A DNA stretch of 64,000 nucleotides from Parachlamydiales bacterium (GCA_963765145.1 CAVXVG010000029.1:128001-192000); one strand, 5' to 3'. Counted from the stretch's first letter, positions 48,097-59,629 are shown. The notes: generated by a model not told the origin, from the letters alone. Program-made: numbers and translations.

Positions 48097-51000
48097 ATGA
48101 GTTCCTCTAATTTTATAACTTCGGGTTCCGCCCCAAACTTGCGGCAATATCTTCCCTATCCTCAAACCCCTTGGCGATTTAGCAGCTCACTTGAAGAAAG
48201 ATTAGAATCAACACTCACAGAAGCCGGCCTATCCTATAAACGATGCCCGATCCTCCCTATGGATAAAGAGTGGGATATTGCTATGGCAGCGTACGAGAAA
48301 CAAAGACCTCTGAGATATCAACCGAAACGCATTTGGTGCGTTCAGAAAAAAGATCAAACTAAAACTTTTGAGCATCACCTCCTTAATATAGAAGCGCAAG
48401 GAGAGCGGTTTCCACCTGATTGGAGGGCCAAACCGTCTGAAGAACGCGAAAACATCATCAAAAGGTGGAAACACATCACAGACTTCTACTCTCCCTTGCA
48501 GATAGGTGATGAGAAAGTTGCCCAGCACGCAAGAGTATTGCCTCTTTGGCATGGAAGCAGTGAGGAAAAATGCAGATCGATTTGCGATGCCGGCTACATT
48601 ATCCCCGGTAAACATCACGTTAGCCAAGGGGTACAGGCAGGCTCGATTACTGATATCGGCTTTTTTGGCAGCGGGATCTACTTCACACCAAGTGCACGCT
48701 ACGCAGTCGACATCTACAGTCGGGGGCATCTTCTTTTTGTTTGGGTTGCCATGCGCGAACCTTTTCCAGTGCGCCAAGAAGACATGCACATGCTCAAAGG
48801 GAAGGGTAGCTACGACAAGCATGACGCACATTACATTCCAGTAGTCCCCGAAAATGAGTCTGATCCTTTCTGTCCTAATTATTATCCTTGCCCCCCGGAC
48901 GGGACTCCTGTCTGTGACGAACTAGTTGTCTTTCAGAATATTCAGACCAAGACCCACTTTTGGTTTGAGCTGCAGGCCGACCTTCTTTATGTTCCAAAAG
49001 CCTCCCCTCAAACGGTCAGTGAACTTCTTGATCTCATCTTTCAAGTTCTTCAAGAACCCTCGATCAAGAACGACCCACAGATTAAGCAAGCTCTAAAAAG
49101 CCGAGCTGGAGCCTACCTTATGTGCAGAGGGGAGATGGTGTTAACAGAGAAAGACCGCCCCTTTTTGGAGACCCTTAGTGCGCTTTTTGAAGTTAAAAGA
49201 CAGGTTAACGACCTTGCGAGGCAAAACCTTATCTCCATAGGCTCTACGCCAATAGTAGAAAACCCTCTTCCCGGAAGAGCTACAGCTTATCCAAGAGATA
49301 TTATACGGAGGCGATTTCAACCTGGCCTGGAACACCCTCCTTCTTTACAGCTCAACACTATTTGCATCTCCTCTGGATGCTTCATCTATTACGCCTCTCT
49401 ATGCCATCGTCCGGAACATCTTGCCCTCTCTTGCATTCAGAGAGAAAAACAATCTCTTTGAAAAAATCCTGCCAGCTCTTCGTAGAGCAAAACTGCCAGG
49501 GCAACAGCTTTATTTAGAGCTGGATGTAGCCCGCTGGTTTTTATCTCATAGAGAAATCGCTTCAGCTTCTTACCAAACCATCTATGGGCCGGCTCTTGAT
49601 GGCTTTGTACGGGCATTACAGCATGCAGAAAAGCTGCGGTATTCCCAAATCGATTCTTTATACGAAGAGGCAAGTCACTGCTTGTCCATGCCGCTCCTTA
49701 ACAGTAACGCTCTCCAGACGCTTCAAAATGGCATAAGCAAAAACAAGGAAAGATCTGTCACAGAGCTTACCCTGATCAGAAACCTTTTTTGCTTTACCTC
49801 TGAAGATCGAAAAAAACTGATTCCCCTGTATAAAGTGGCGCTTCCTCTCTTTGCCAACACCCCATCATCCCCCTACACTCCCCCCATAATGGATGGGGTA
49901 ATTTCTGATAGGGGGGCAAATCCAACTCCCTATATTAAACGTGATCCAGACGGCTTTTACCAAGCTTATATGCTTTGGAAGGAGTATTTTCCAGAAGGGG
50001 AATCTTTCTCCTCCTCATTCCTTCAAGCTTTGCTCTTCTTAAAAGGAAATAAAGAGTTAGCAAGATGTGATTGGGGATGGGCAAAGCTCACAAATGGGGC
50101 TAGGGGCTGCTCTAAATACCTTCTTCGAGAGATGCTTCAAGGGTCCATCCAGCTATTTATCGATCAAAAAACTTTAGCTGTAGACTTCAGCAGCATTAAT
50201 CCTGGGGAACATAGTTACTTTTTTGAGGAGCTGCGCGAGCTTGTTGCCCACAGAAAAGAGATCAAATTTGTTAAAATAACCCATTCTCACCAAGTCGCTA
50301 CAAATCAACTTAAGGAGTGGCTTGGTCTGGGGTTACAAGAGCTTCATATCCAAGGTTCCAGCACAGGCGACTTAAAGTTTCGGTGGTCTGCCTTGGATTT
50401 GGCACAAGTGGATGTCGATTTAGAAGATATAGAGGACGCCCATCTGCTCCTCAGTTTTATTCAGAGCCTTCCTCTAACTGGGAAGCTCCACTTAAAGAAC
50501 TGTGCTGAGATCTCACTTGATCAGATGAAGGAATTGCTTACGTATGCACAGCAACTAATGGAACTGAAAGTTGACGACTGGCAGGAGAGCACATTTACCT
50601 TCAATTCGGCTCGCGATAAAGAGCTATCAGCCTTAGAAATAACCTTTGGTAATACCGCTACCCAGTCAGCACTGCTAGATGCATTTAAAGAGATGACACC
50701 ACCACAAAGACTTTCCCTATTCAATTACGAAACAGCTAAAGAATTGTCACGAATATCGGTTAAAGCATTGAGAAAACCTCCACAAGTAACGTTATATGCA
50801 ACCACGCCAAAGTCTTTAAGCCATATAATAACCAATAGACTCCACTCCTTACACCTCCACAATTATAAAGGCTCTAAAGCGTTCGGCTTCGACCACCCTT
50901 TTGGTAACCTAAGAAAATTCACGATCTCTTCTTGCCCTGAAATCGATAGGATTTCAATATTATCGGGCTTTTTAGACCATTTTACTGCGACTGACAACAA

Positions 51001-51832
51001 AAACTTAACAAAAGTGAGCTTAGAGACTAATGAGAAAGTCAATTGCTCAGTAACCGGCTCGAAATTAGCAAGCCCTATTCAAGTTTCCACTACCCCACTA
51101 GACGAATGCAGTGATCAAACAAGAACACTCATTTCACTTGCTCATACAAAATTAAAACAGAGCGTTAATAAGCTAAGCTACAAAATTGCTACCTCTGATG
51201 AGGCATTCTACTTAGCACATTTTTTACCTAAGCTTAAGATCGAAAATCTCGAAATAAACATTCATCGTGCCTACGCCAAAGAGTTACACCCAGTTGGAAG
51301 AGCTATGCAGCTTAATCAAACCGTCAAGCAATTGTCATTAACCCTCACAAGATATAGAGGCCACTCGGGCTACTCCCCGAGCGGACGTGATGACATAAAC
51401 CGAACTCAGGAGATTGGAAGTTTTCAACTAAACCAGACGACTCATGACCCTACGAAACAAAACCTAGAAGTTGAGGATTTAGAAGCGCTTGTCCCTTTCA
51501 TACTCAGCCTAAAGGGTTCATTGATATTACGACTGAATCGCAACTCAGGCAGTCCAAATGGCAGGGACCAATTATTCGATACTGTTTTTAACATGCTTAA
51601 GGAAAATTTACTGATCACTAGTCTTGACCTGAAAGGAGCTTGGGATATTCGTTATACCGACCGCTCGCATTTTCTTGCTAAATGCGTGTCCGAAACTGCT
51701 TTGCAAAAGCTCCGCATAGAGGTTTACACAGTCTTCGAAGACACCAGATACACTCAACTAAATGAACTTAACGCTTTGAATAGAAAACTAAAAAACAAAT
51801 ACCAGAAACTTGTAGAATTCAAAGCAAGTTGA
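48097..51832 (+). CDS. large protein with N-terminal PARP-like ADP-ribosyltransferase domain and LRR-like C-terminus; +1 frameshift near 49270
   Basis: LWHGS, GFFGSGIYFT..ARYA, DELVVF; the frame of the second ORF stays open back to 49271 (PEELQLIQEIL...). Confidence 0.72.
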
Positions 51833-51939
51833 CGTTACTCAGCATCTGGATACATGAAAGTTAAATGCAACTTAAATTGAATTTTCAGTTTTATTTTTAA
51901 AATATTGTAGAAATTGTCCTTTAGAAATAGGATGCAATT

Positions 51940-52683
51940 ATGACCACTTCCCCTGTTTCTTACCCCTCTTTCCCTTGCTATGATGAAAAGCAAAGGCTCT
52001 TGACAACAGAGGCCCTACAAAAACATAGCGGGATCGACGGCCTCCTCTTGTTTGGGCCCCATATGAAGTTTGGAGGGACTAAAGTTGTAGATGCCTCCCC
52101 TACCACCCTCTTTGCTCTGACACAAGGGATTAAAGCTTTGTGGCCTAAGCAAAACCTCAAAGCCTTCTATGATCCAGAGGACTTAGTCAAAAAAGTCGAC
52201 CCGACAGGTCATTGGTTTGAAAGATGCGGCCCCAACGGCAAAGGGGATTCGCTGAAAGAATTCGCAACTTGCTTACAAGAAACTCTGATCAAAATAGGGA
52301 TGAACCCCCCACCTTCAATTAAAGTTGAAACCATCCAATTCAAAGTAGCTGATCTATTGGCGCAACATACTGCCGTTGATTTGTTTAGCAATGTGATGAA
52401 TCAAATGGTCGATCCAAAAGAGGGTGAAATGAAAGTGGTCGTCGTCAACTACGACCACGCTCATGCCATTAGTGGAGCAACTAAACAGAGATTCTCTGAA
52501 GGAGAATTTGGTGGAACTTTTTCTATTGTAGGTGGTTACGATAAGGAAAAAGAGCTGGTTTTACTATTGGACACCGATGGGCTTATCTGGGTTCCTATTG
52601 CAGATCTTGTCGACGCTATGAATATCCCTGACCAAAAAGAATTAAGAGGTTACGTTTGCTTTACTTTGGAGGGCATTCAATGA
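51940..52683 (+). CDS. phytochelatin-synthase-like (papain fold) protein, probably inactive
   Basis: VVVNY, GGTFSIVGGYD, VLLLD, WV...L..AM..D...RG match the PCS C-terminal pattern. Confidence 0.6.
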   Translation: MTTSPVSYPSFPCYDEKQRLLTTEALQKHSGIDGLLLFGPHMKFGGTKVVDASPTTLFALTQGIKALWPKQNLKAFYDPEDLVKKVDPTGHWFERCGPNGKGDSLKEFATCLQETLIKIGMNPPPSIKVETIQFKVADLLAQHTAVDLFSNVMNQMVDPKEGEMKVVVVNYDHAHAISGATKQRFSEGEFGGTFSIVGGYDKEKELVLLLDTDGLIWVPIADLVDAMNIPDQKELRGYVCFTLEGIQ

Positions 52684-53633
52684 AACAAGCTGTTTCAACC
52701 ATCCAACTAGAAAAGGTCACACAAGATTTCATCGACAAATTAAATGCAGCTGGGGGTCCTCCCATCTACAAGCTTTCGCCAAACGATGCCCGTGCTCTTT
52801 TAGAAAAAGTGCAATCTGAACCTATCGAAACGCCTGATGTTCAACGAGATGACATACTAATCCCAGGAATTGCCGATCCTATTTCTGTTCAAATCGTCCG
52901 ACCTGCTGATAGCGTGGATGTTGCCGTGCCTATTATATTTTATCTCCATGGGGGTGGCTGGATCTTAGGAAGCCAAAAAACCCATGCTAGATTGACCGCA
53001 GAAATCGCTTCGGGCACAAAATCGGCCGTTGTTTTTATCAATTACACCCTTTCACCCGAAGCAAAATTCCCCTCCTCGATTGAAGAGTCCTTCACAGCGG
53101 CAAAATACATTGTCGAGCATGCAGAAGAGTATCATGTAGATCCGACAAAAATTTCCGTTGCTGGCGACAGCGTAGGTGGCAATATGGCCATCGCGTTAAC
53201 GCAATTGGCGCTCAGCAGCAAAGCTTTGCAAATTGATAGACTTCTTCTTTTTTACCCTGTAACAGATGGGGCCATGAGTTCGAATTCTTACTCTCGATTT
53301 GCAGAGGGCCCTTGGCTTACAAAACCTGCCATGGAGTGGTTTTGGAATGCTTACGAACCAATAGAAACAACGAGAAGTGACCCGCTTCTATCACCTGTTA
53401 ATGCCCCATTGCAACTTCTAAAACAATTTCCCCCCACATTGGTCATCACAGCAAAAAATGATGTTTTGCGCGATGAAGGGCTTGCCTTTGCAGACAAATT
53501 ACTGGAAGCAGGTGCAACCGTCACAGCCGTCTGCTTTGAAGGGACGATTCACGACTTTGTGATGTTGAATGCCTTAGCAAAAACCAATGCGACTCGTGGA
53601 GCAATGGAAATGGCCATTCGGTTTTTAAGTTAA
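52680..53633 (+). CDS. HSL-family alpha/beta hydrolase (esterase/lipase)
   Basis: HGGGW, GDSVGG, DVLRDEG, HDF. Confidence 0.92.
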   Translation: MKQAVSTIQLEKVTQDFIDKLNAAGGPPIYKLSPNDARALLEKVQSEPIETPDVQRDDILIPGIADPISVQIVRPADSVDVAVPIIFYLHGGGWILGSQKTHARLTAEIASGTKSAVVFINYTLSPEAKFPSSIEESFTAAKYIVEHAEEYHVDPTKISVAGDSVGGNMAIALTQLALSSKALQIDRLLLFYPVTDGAMSSNSYSRFAEGPWLTKPAMEWFWNAYEPIETTRSDPLLSPVNAPLQLLKQFPPTLVITAKNDVLRDEGLAFADKLLEAGATVTAVCFEGTIHDFVMLNALAKTNATRGAMEMAIRFLS

Positions 53634-53635
53634 AA

Positions 53636-54926
53636 ATGCTCTCTTTTCTTTTAGCCATCAGTCTTATTGTCAGCGAAGAACCTTTGGTTGTGAAGGGGCA
53701 AAAGACGACTGTTTTGTCGGTTCGTCAACCCGATGGGACCTGGGGTTTTAAGGCTAAAGAAGGTGACACCTTTGATGTTCATGTGGTGAATCAGTTAAAA
53801 GTGCCCACTTCTATCCATTGGCATGGGCTGCTTCTACCAAATGATCAAGATGGTGTGGCTTTTATCACCCAATTCCCGATCTATCCGGGTCAAACCTACC
53901 CGTATCGATTCCCTTTAAAACAATGTGGCACCTATTGGATGCATGCCCACTATGGAATGCAGGAACAAAGACTTCCTGCGGCCCCCCTCATCCTCACAAG
54001 CGCTGAAGACCATAAGATGGCCGATCAAGAGGTGGTGATGCTCCTCTCCGACTTCTCTTTCCAGTCGCCTGAATCTATTTTTTCAATCGTTAAAATGTAG
54101 AAAAATGGAGATGGGAAAAACCGATCTTGTAGACGTTCAGTACGATGCTTTTTTAACCAACTTAAAAACATTAGATTCTCCTGAAATCATTTCAGTCGAA
54201 GCGGAAAAAACTGTTCGTCTGCGTATCATCAACGGGGCAAGCAATACCAATTTCCTCCTCTCAATACCGCTTAAAAGCGCCGTCATCGCTGTCGATGGCC
54301 ATCTCGTCAAGCCAATATCGATGGACAATTACCCAATAGCAGCATCTCAAAGGATCGATCTGCTTGTTAAGATCCCAAAAGATGGGGGCTCTTTCCCGGT
54401 GCTGGCGCAAGCAGAAGGGACAAATCAGCAAACCGGATTGCTGCTGTCGACCAAAAATTCGAATCCTACGCTTCCCTCTACAACAGCAGACCAAACGATC
54501 GGAGCCCTCACCTATGCGTTAGAATTAAAGCTGCAAGCAATGCAGCCGCTTCCGTTAAAACCGATCGATCAAAAGCTGACACTCGTTCTAGGTGGCAACA
54601 TGTCCACCTACACCTGGACATTGAATGGCCAAAGTTGGCCTGAGGTGACTCCACTCCTTGTAGAAAAAGGGCAACGAGTTGAATTGATTTTTAAAAATGA
54701 AAGCTCGATGAGTCATCCGATGCATCTGCACGGCCATGTCTTTCAAGTCACCCACATCAACGAGCAACCAGTAAACGGAGCCATCAGAGACACCATCCTT
54801 GTAACACCTAACTCGACCGTCACCGTCCAATTTGACGCTGACAATCCAGGGGTTTGGCCCCTCCACTGCCACCTTCTCTATCACCAAGAAGCCGGCATGT
54901 TCACCGTCCTCCGCTACAAAGATTAA
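53636..54926 (+). CDS. multicopper oxidase, split by +1 T at 54078-54083
   Basis: IHWHG, WMHAH, HPMHLHGH, LHCHLLYH...GM. Confidence 0.92.
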
Positions 54927-54933
54927 AGTAAGC

Positions 54934-55015
54934 ACTTGTCATGCACAAGAAATCACGATTTCTTGTGCATGAGACTTGTCACATGCACACGAAATCACGA
55001 TTTCTTGTGCATGAG
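54934..55015. repeat. two tandem ~32 bp palindromes
   Basis: CATGCACAAGAAATC-AC-GATTTCTTGTGCATG twice (one mismatch in the second), each preceded by ACTTGTC. Confidence 0.8.
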
Positions 55016-55055
55016 GCTGTTGAATTCTCTTGCTTTTAGCAAAATATGGTCTTAT

Positions 55056-56151
55056 CTAGTTACCGCTCTTGGGCGCGCGACCTGCATTAGCCAATAGATC
55101 AAATAAAGCTAAATTAAGATAAAAATTCTCTTTATACACCTTGTGCTTAGTTAGCAATCCTATCTGAACCAACTCTTCAAGATATTTAGCTGCAGTATTC
55201 CGGTGAATTTGCAACTCCTGCATGACGAATTCAGTTTTAGTATAAGGGTGCCTAAAAAGATTGTTTAACAAATCCTGACTATAAATTTTGGGGAGTTCGC
55301 TGCGAAGCTTGTGCTTATAATGTTGCATTAAGTCTCTCATTTTTAGAATAAGGCTTATTGTTGACGAGAGGTTTGTTCAACTCCCTCCAACATGTACAAA
55401 ATCCAGGACTCCCATCTTTGAGTTTCTCGCACCTCTTGAAGCAATCGATAATATTCATTTTTATTTTGATTGATGTAGCGAGAAAGGTAAAGAATAGGTG
55501 AATCTAGCAGTCCAAGCTTTACGAGGTAAAGAATGTTAATAATACGACCAGTTCGTCCATTACCGTCATAAAACGGATGGATGCTTTCAAACTGATGATG
55601 GATCACAGCCATTTTAATAAGCGGATCGGTATCGCTTAAAGCTTCATCGTTAATGAATTGCTCTAAGTTGTTCATAAATGATCGAAATTTGGCGCTCATC
55701 CTGAGGAGGGCTATAAACAACTTCACCCGTTTGATCATTTTTTAGTACTGTGCGGGAAGTTTCCGAAAGCCGGCACTATTTTCTTCAAGAGTTTGTTGAA
55801 TTTCCAGAATATCGTTATTAACAAGAAGTCCTGTTTTCTTAACTTTCTGGTACCCACTTTGGAGTGCAGCAGCGTAGCTATAAACTTCCTTGGCTGCGAG
55901 GCTAGCAAATTGCTTTGCAGAAGCGTCACTTTTATATAACTCGTCATGAGTTGTGATAATGTTTTCAATCGTAGAGCTATCTTTAGCTTCTTGGAGAGCT
56001 AAAAGTATTTATCAGAATACTTTGGTTAGGGATGATTCCACTAACCCCCTTTAACTCTGCTAGTGCCTGATGGGCCCTAGCGAGCTTTTTTAAAACAGTC
56101 TTTGTTTCTAAACTCAACAGAAAGTGGCAAGAGCGGAATGGAATGACTCAT
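55056..56151 (-). pseudogene. Fic family protein (Fic_N + Fic + HTH) with about 5 frameshifts
   Basis: ALAELKG..IPNQ.IL, EAKDSSTIENI and [12 protein letters not shown] lie in shifting frames. Confidence 0.8.
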
Positions 56152-56319
56152 GATGAATGACCTACTGATTATGCTTCTCCTCCTTTAAAAAAAGGTGATC
56201 GTATACAAAAAGGATCTCTTTTACGACACAAATTTACTCTTTTACCAACGAGAGGCTGGCATGTTCACCTTTAGGGAGAGTTGCAAGAGGGCTAAAAAAG
56301 CGATAAGATCTTTTCGCTT

Positions 56320-57054
56320 ATGTCAGTCATTGAATATTACGACAAGATCGCAAAAGCATATTACGACAAGAAAGCTCCAATGGATAGGAGCAGCCTTTTG
56401 GCTTATTTTTTGAAGTATTTAAAGCCAAATGCCAGCCTTCTGGATGCTGGATGTGGCCCAGGCTTAGATGCGAAGCTTTTTTTAGACCAAGGGTTTATCG
56501 TCGAACCTTTAGATGGCTCAGAAGAAATGGTTAAGTTGGCCTCACTGCATTTAAAACCGACCCATTACTCAGCTTAGATTTGATAAGATAACATTTATAG
56601 ATCGTTTTGATGGGGTTTGGACCAATGCTTCTCTCATACATACTCCTCCAGAGGAGTTGCTGGAGTTGTTTCCCCATTTTATTAGAGCTTTGAAGACTAG
56701 TGGCTATTGGTTCATGTCTTTTAGATATGGCAAAGATGTAGAAATGATAGACAGCATTCCTTCCTATTTGCAAACGGAAGACTCTTTAAGCAAAGTCTTG
56801 AGTCAATTTCCAGAGCTCTCAATAGAGGAAATGTGGGTCAGGCCTAGGGGGTTGATTTAAGCAGCTTTTGCAGTCCAATTATGGCTATCAAATTTTGTCC
56901 TTAATTCGCGTTAGCGTTTGGAGTGAAAGTAATTTTTACCTTAATTTTTTGAGAGCGAAATCACCTTAAATCAACCCCCTAGGTCAGGCATACCTCAAAC
57001 CCAATTCTTCCTAACTGGCTAAACTGCATAGTCAAAAAAAATTCATTGAAATAA
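56320..57054 (+). pseudogene. class I SAM methyltransferase, frameshifted (~56553) and interrupted by element K
   Basis: LLDAGCGPG, FDGVWTNASL; C-terminus NWLNCIVKK lies after the element; paralog of 58984-59583. Confidence 0.82.
56844..56982. mobile_element. 139 bp MITE (family K)
   Basis: 18 bp TIR CTAGGGGGTTGATTTAAG; 7 bp TSD GTCAGGC; contains a family A arm fragment at ~56907-56926. Confidence 0.88.
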
Positions 57055-57100
57055 TTAGTCGAGGCGTGAAAAATATTTTTCACTCTAAAGGAGAATTGGT

Positions 57101-57304
57101 ATGGATTTAGAACGATTGGCTTCATTGGCACTGTTGGGCATGACTGTAGCACTTTCTGGAAGCCCTGATGCGATTTCTTCGGAGGTTGAGAAAGGATCAG
57201 CTTATTATGTGCGCGGCTGTCAATGTGGCGTAGAAAGAAATCAGAGAATAATTAGGCATCACAATCAAAACACCGACAAAAAAAATATTCCTTCGATTGG
57301 ATAA
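57101..57304 (+). CDS. putative MNIO RiPP precursor peptide
   Basis: AAGGAG RBS, hydrophobic leader, GCQCG core, directly upstream of DUF692. Confidence 0.65.
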   Translation: MDLERLASLALLGMTVALSGSPDAISSEVEKGSAYYVRGCQCGVERNQRIIRHHNQNTDKKNIPSIG

Positions 57305-57340
57305 ATGTTCATCCCTCGTTTACGCGACTACATATATTCT

Positions 57341-57360
57341 AGCCCTCTGTTAAGAGGGCT
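57341..57360 (+). terminator. hairpin between precursor and DUF692 (attenuator/terminator-like)
   Basis: AGCCCTCT-GTTA-AGAGGGCT followed by T-rich sequence. Confidence 0.5.
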
Positions 57361-57373
57361 TATCTTTACCTGA

Positions 57374-58222
57374 TTGCTTATGCCTCTTCCGAAATTAGAC
57401 ATTGGTGTTGGTTTCCGAATGCAGCACTTTAATGAAATCAGAAAAAGTCCTGTTAAAATCGGGTGGTTTGAACTCATAACAGAGCATTTCCTTATTCCGG
57501 CTAAAAGAAGCTCTTATGTCCTCGATTTTCTAAAGGAAAAATACCCTCTTGTTCTTCATGGTGTAAGTTTGGCGATTGGAAGTTCAACTCCCATTGACTT
57601 TGCTTACTTAGAACTGGTCAAAAAGCTAGTAAGAGAGATCAATTCTCCCTGGGTTTCTGATCATCTTTGTTGGGGACAAATTCCAGGAAAGCATTTCCAT
57701 GACTTGCTGCCCCTTCCATTTAGAAAAGATGTAGCAGATTACGTTGCTGAAAGAGCAAGGATTGTCCAAGATTACTTGGAAGTACCCTTTGCCCTAGAGA
57801 ACGTTTCTTCCTATGTTGAAGATGAAGACAAGGAAATGGAGGAGTGGGATTTCTATTCTTATATTGTAGAAAAGGCAGATATTCACATGATGCTTGATGT
57901 TAACAATATTTATGTCTCATCTCACAACCTAGGCTTTAACATTGATAACTACCTTGCAGACCTTCCATATGAACGGATTCTTCAAATCCACTTAGCTGGT
58001 CACACAGAAGAAGATGGTTGGCTTATTGACAGCCATGACCAGCCAGTAAGGAACGAGGTATGGGAGCTTTATGAGAGAGTTTGGCTTAAAGCTAATCAGC
58101 CCGCAACTCTTTTAGAATGGGATGATCATTTCCTCTCCTTCGAAAGAACCTGTGAAGAAGCATTAAAGGCTAAACAATTTCAAGAGAGGATCGTTCATGC
58201 TTCCGCCTGCTTCGCTTCTTAA
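57374..58222 (+). CDS. DUF692 multinuclear non-heme iron oxidative enzyme (MNIO)
   Basis: HGVSL, SDHLCW, DLLPLP, LENVSSY, LDVNN, IHLAGH, IDSH, LLEWD. Confidence 0.95.
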   Translation: MLMPLPKLDIGVGFRMQHFNEIRKSPVKIGWFELITEHFLIPAKRSSYVLDFLKEKYPLVLHGVSLAIGSSTPIDFAYLELVKKLVREINSPWVSDHLCWGQIPGKHFHDLLPLPFRKDVADYVAERARIVQDYLEVPFALENVSSYVEDEDKEMEEWDFYSYIVEKADIHMMLDVNNIYVSSHNLGFNIDNYLADLPYERILQIHLAGHTEEDGWLIDSHDQPVRNEVWELYERVWLKANQPATLLEWDDHFLSFERTCEEALKAKQFQERIVHASACFAS

Positions 58223-58940
58223 TTGGCAAAAGCATTTCTCTGATGTTTTGCAAGAGCCCCCTAAAGGAAATTGCCACAAAGGACTTCTGATTTACCAAGA
58301 AGCTTATTGGGGTCGATTAGAAAAGTTTTTACGACGTTATTACCCATCTCTTCCTAAGCTTATAGGAGATGAGCTTTGGATCAACGAGATCGCATATCCT
58401 TTCATCTCGAAAAATCCTGTGCAAAATTGGGCGCTTGAAGAATGGACTATGGGCCTTTTTGATTGGCTTCTCGCAACTGAAAAAGAAAACCTATCAGCCC
58501 TTCTAATTCCATTAGCTCATGTGGAAAGGCTTCAAATTGAAGTTTTTTTGTCTGCATCTCTTCCAACGCCTTCTCCAGAAAAGCTACATTGCACATTTTT
58601 TGCCCAACAGCCTCATGTTCGATTTTTTCTGTGCTCCTTTCCTCTTCTTTCATATAGAACAGCACTTTTGAACGATTCTCCTTTACCGTTTTTAGACACG
58701 GTCGAAGAACAATGGACAGCCCTTTCGCTGGGGAAAACGGGAGAGGTCATCCTAGGTCAAATTGGTGCAGAGGAAAAGCTGTTTCTAGAAATTTGCAGCG
58801 GAAAAACTCTTCGAGAAGCCCTTGAATATATTTCGAGGCAAGAACCAAAACTGTACAATTTGTTGGAAAATAATATCCAGAAATGGACTGTCAGATGGAT
58901 GAAATACAATTGGATAGGAGAGAAGTATGTCGACCTCTAA
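58197..58940 (+). CDS. DUF2063-like MNIO partner protein
   Basis: WQKHF...GLLIYQEAYWGRL...YPSL pattern; overlaps the DUF692 stop. Confidence 0.8.
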   Translation: MLPPASLLNWQKHFSDVLQEPPKGNCHKGLLIYQEAYWGRLEKFLRRYYPSLPKLIGDELWINEIAYPFISKNPVQNWALEEWTMGLFDWLLATEKENLSALLIPLAHVERLQIEVFLSASLPTPSPEKLHCTFFAQQPHVRFFLCSFPLLSYRTALLNDSPLPFLDTVEEQWTALSLGKTGEVILGQIGAEEKLFLEICSGKTLREALEYISRQEPKLYNLLENNIQKWTVRWMKYNWIGEKYVDL

Positions 58941-58983
58941 CATAGTGCGAAATCCCTAAAAAAACGATAAAATCTATTTTCTT

Positions 58984-59583
58984 ATGTCTGTCATTGAGCA
59001 CTATAATAAATTTGGAAGAAGTTACTGCGAAAACGCTGCCTCCATTGATCTAAAAGATACTCATGATCGTTTTCTAAAATACTTCAAAAAAGGATCGACC
59101 ATCTTAGATGCTGGATGTGGTCCTGGGCGAGACACAAAATTGTTTTTAGAGCGTGGATTTATAGCTCACGCTATTGATGGTTCAGAGGAAGTTGTCCAAT
59201 TTGCCTCAGAACACCTGCAAAGGGCTGTTGCCTGCGTCAAATTTGAGGAGATGGAATTTAATGAATGCTTTGATGGAATCTGGGCAAATGCTTCTCTTTT
59301 ACACATTACGACCGAAGAATTAAAGACAGTTTTTCCTAACTTCATCAAGGGGTTAAAACCAAATGGTTATTGGTTTATGTCCTTTAAATACGGAAAAGGC
59401 ATCACAAAAAGAGGTGATATTCTTTGCTACCTTCAAACAGAAGACTCCTTGAAGGATTTTTTGAAACAATTTCCAGAACTCCATTTGGAAGAGATGTGGG
59501 TGGTTGTTGGTGTGAATGCAAGACATAAGCCAACAAACTGGATAAATTGCATCGTAAAAAAACAGAGCCTTTTAATCCATTAG
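58984..59583 (+). CDS. class I SAM-dependent methyltransferase
   Basis: ILDAGCGPGRD, IDGS, FDGIWANASLLH, SFKYG. Confidence 0.9.
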   Translation: MSVIEHYNKFGRSYCENAASIDLKDTHDRFLKYFKKGSTILDAGCGPGRDTKLFLERGFIAHAIDGSEEVVQFASEHLQRAVACVKFEEMEFNECFDGIWANASLLHITTEELKTVFPNFIKGLKPNGYWFMSFKYGKGITKRGDILCYLQTEDSLKDFLKQFPELHLEEMWVVVGVNARHKPTNWINCIVKKQSLLIH

Positions 59584-59629
59584 GCTCCAACCTTGAAAAC
59601 ATGCGATCATAAGTCACTGTAGTAGTCCG

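Noticed and set aside
49261..49280. Programmed +1 frameshift at CTT CCC G
   Set aside because: No stimulatory element is evident and it fits the window-wide +1 homopolymer pattern; raw reads are needed to exclude it
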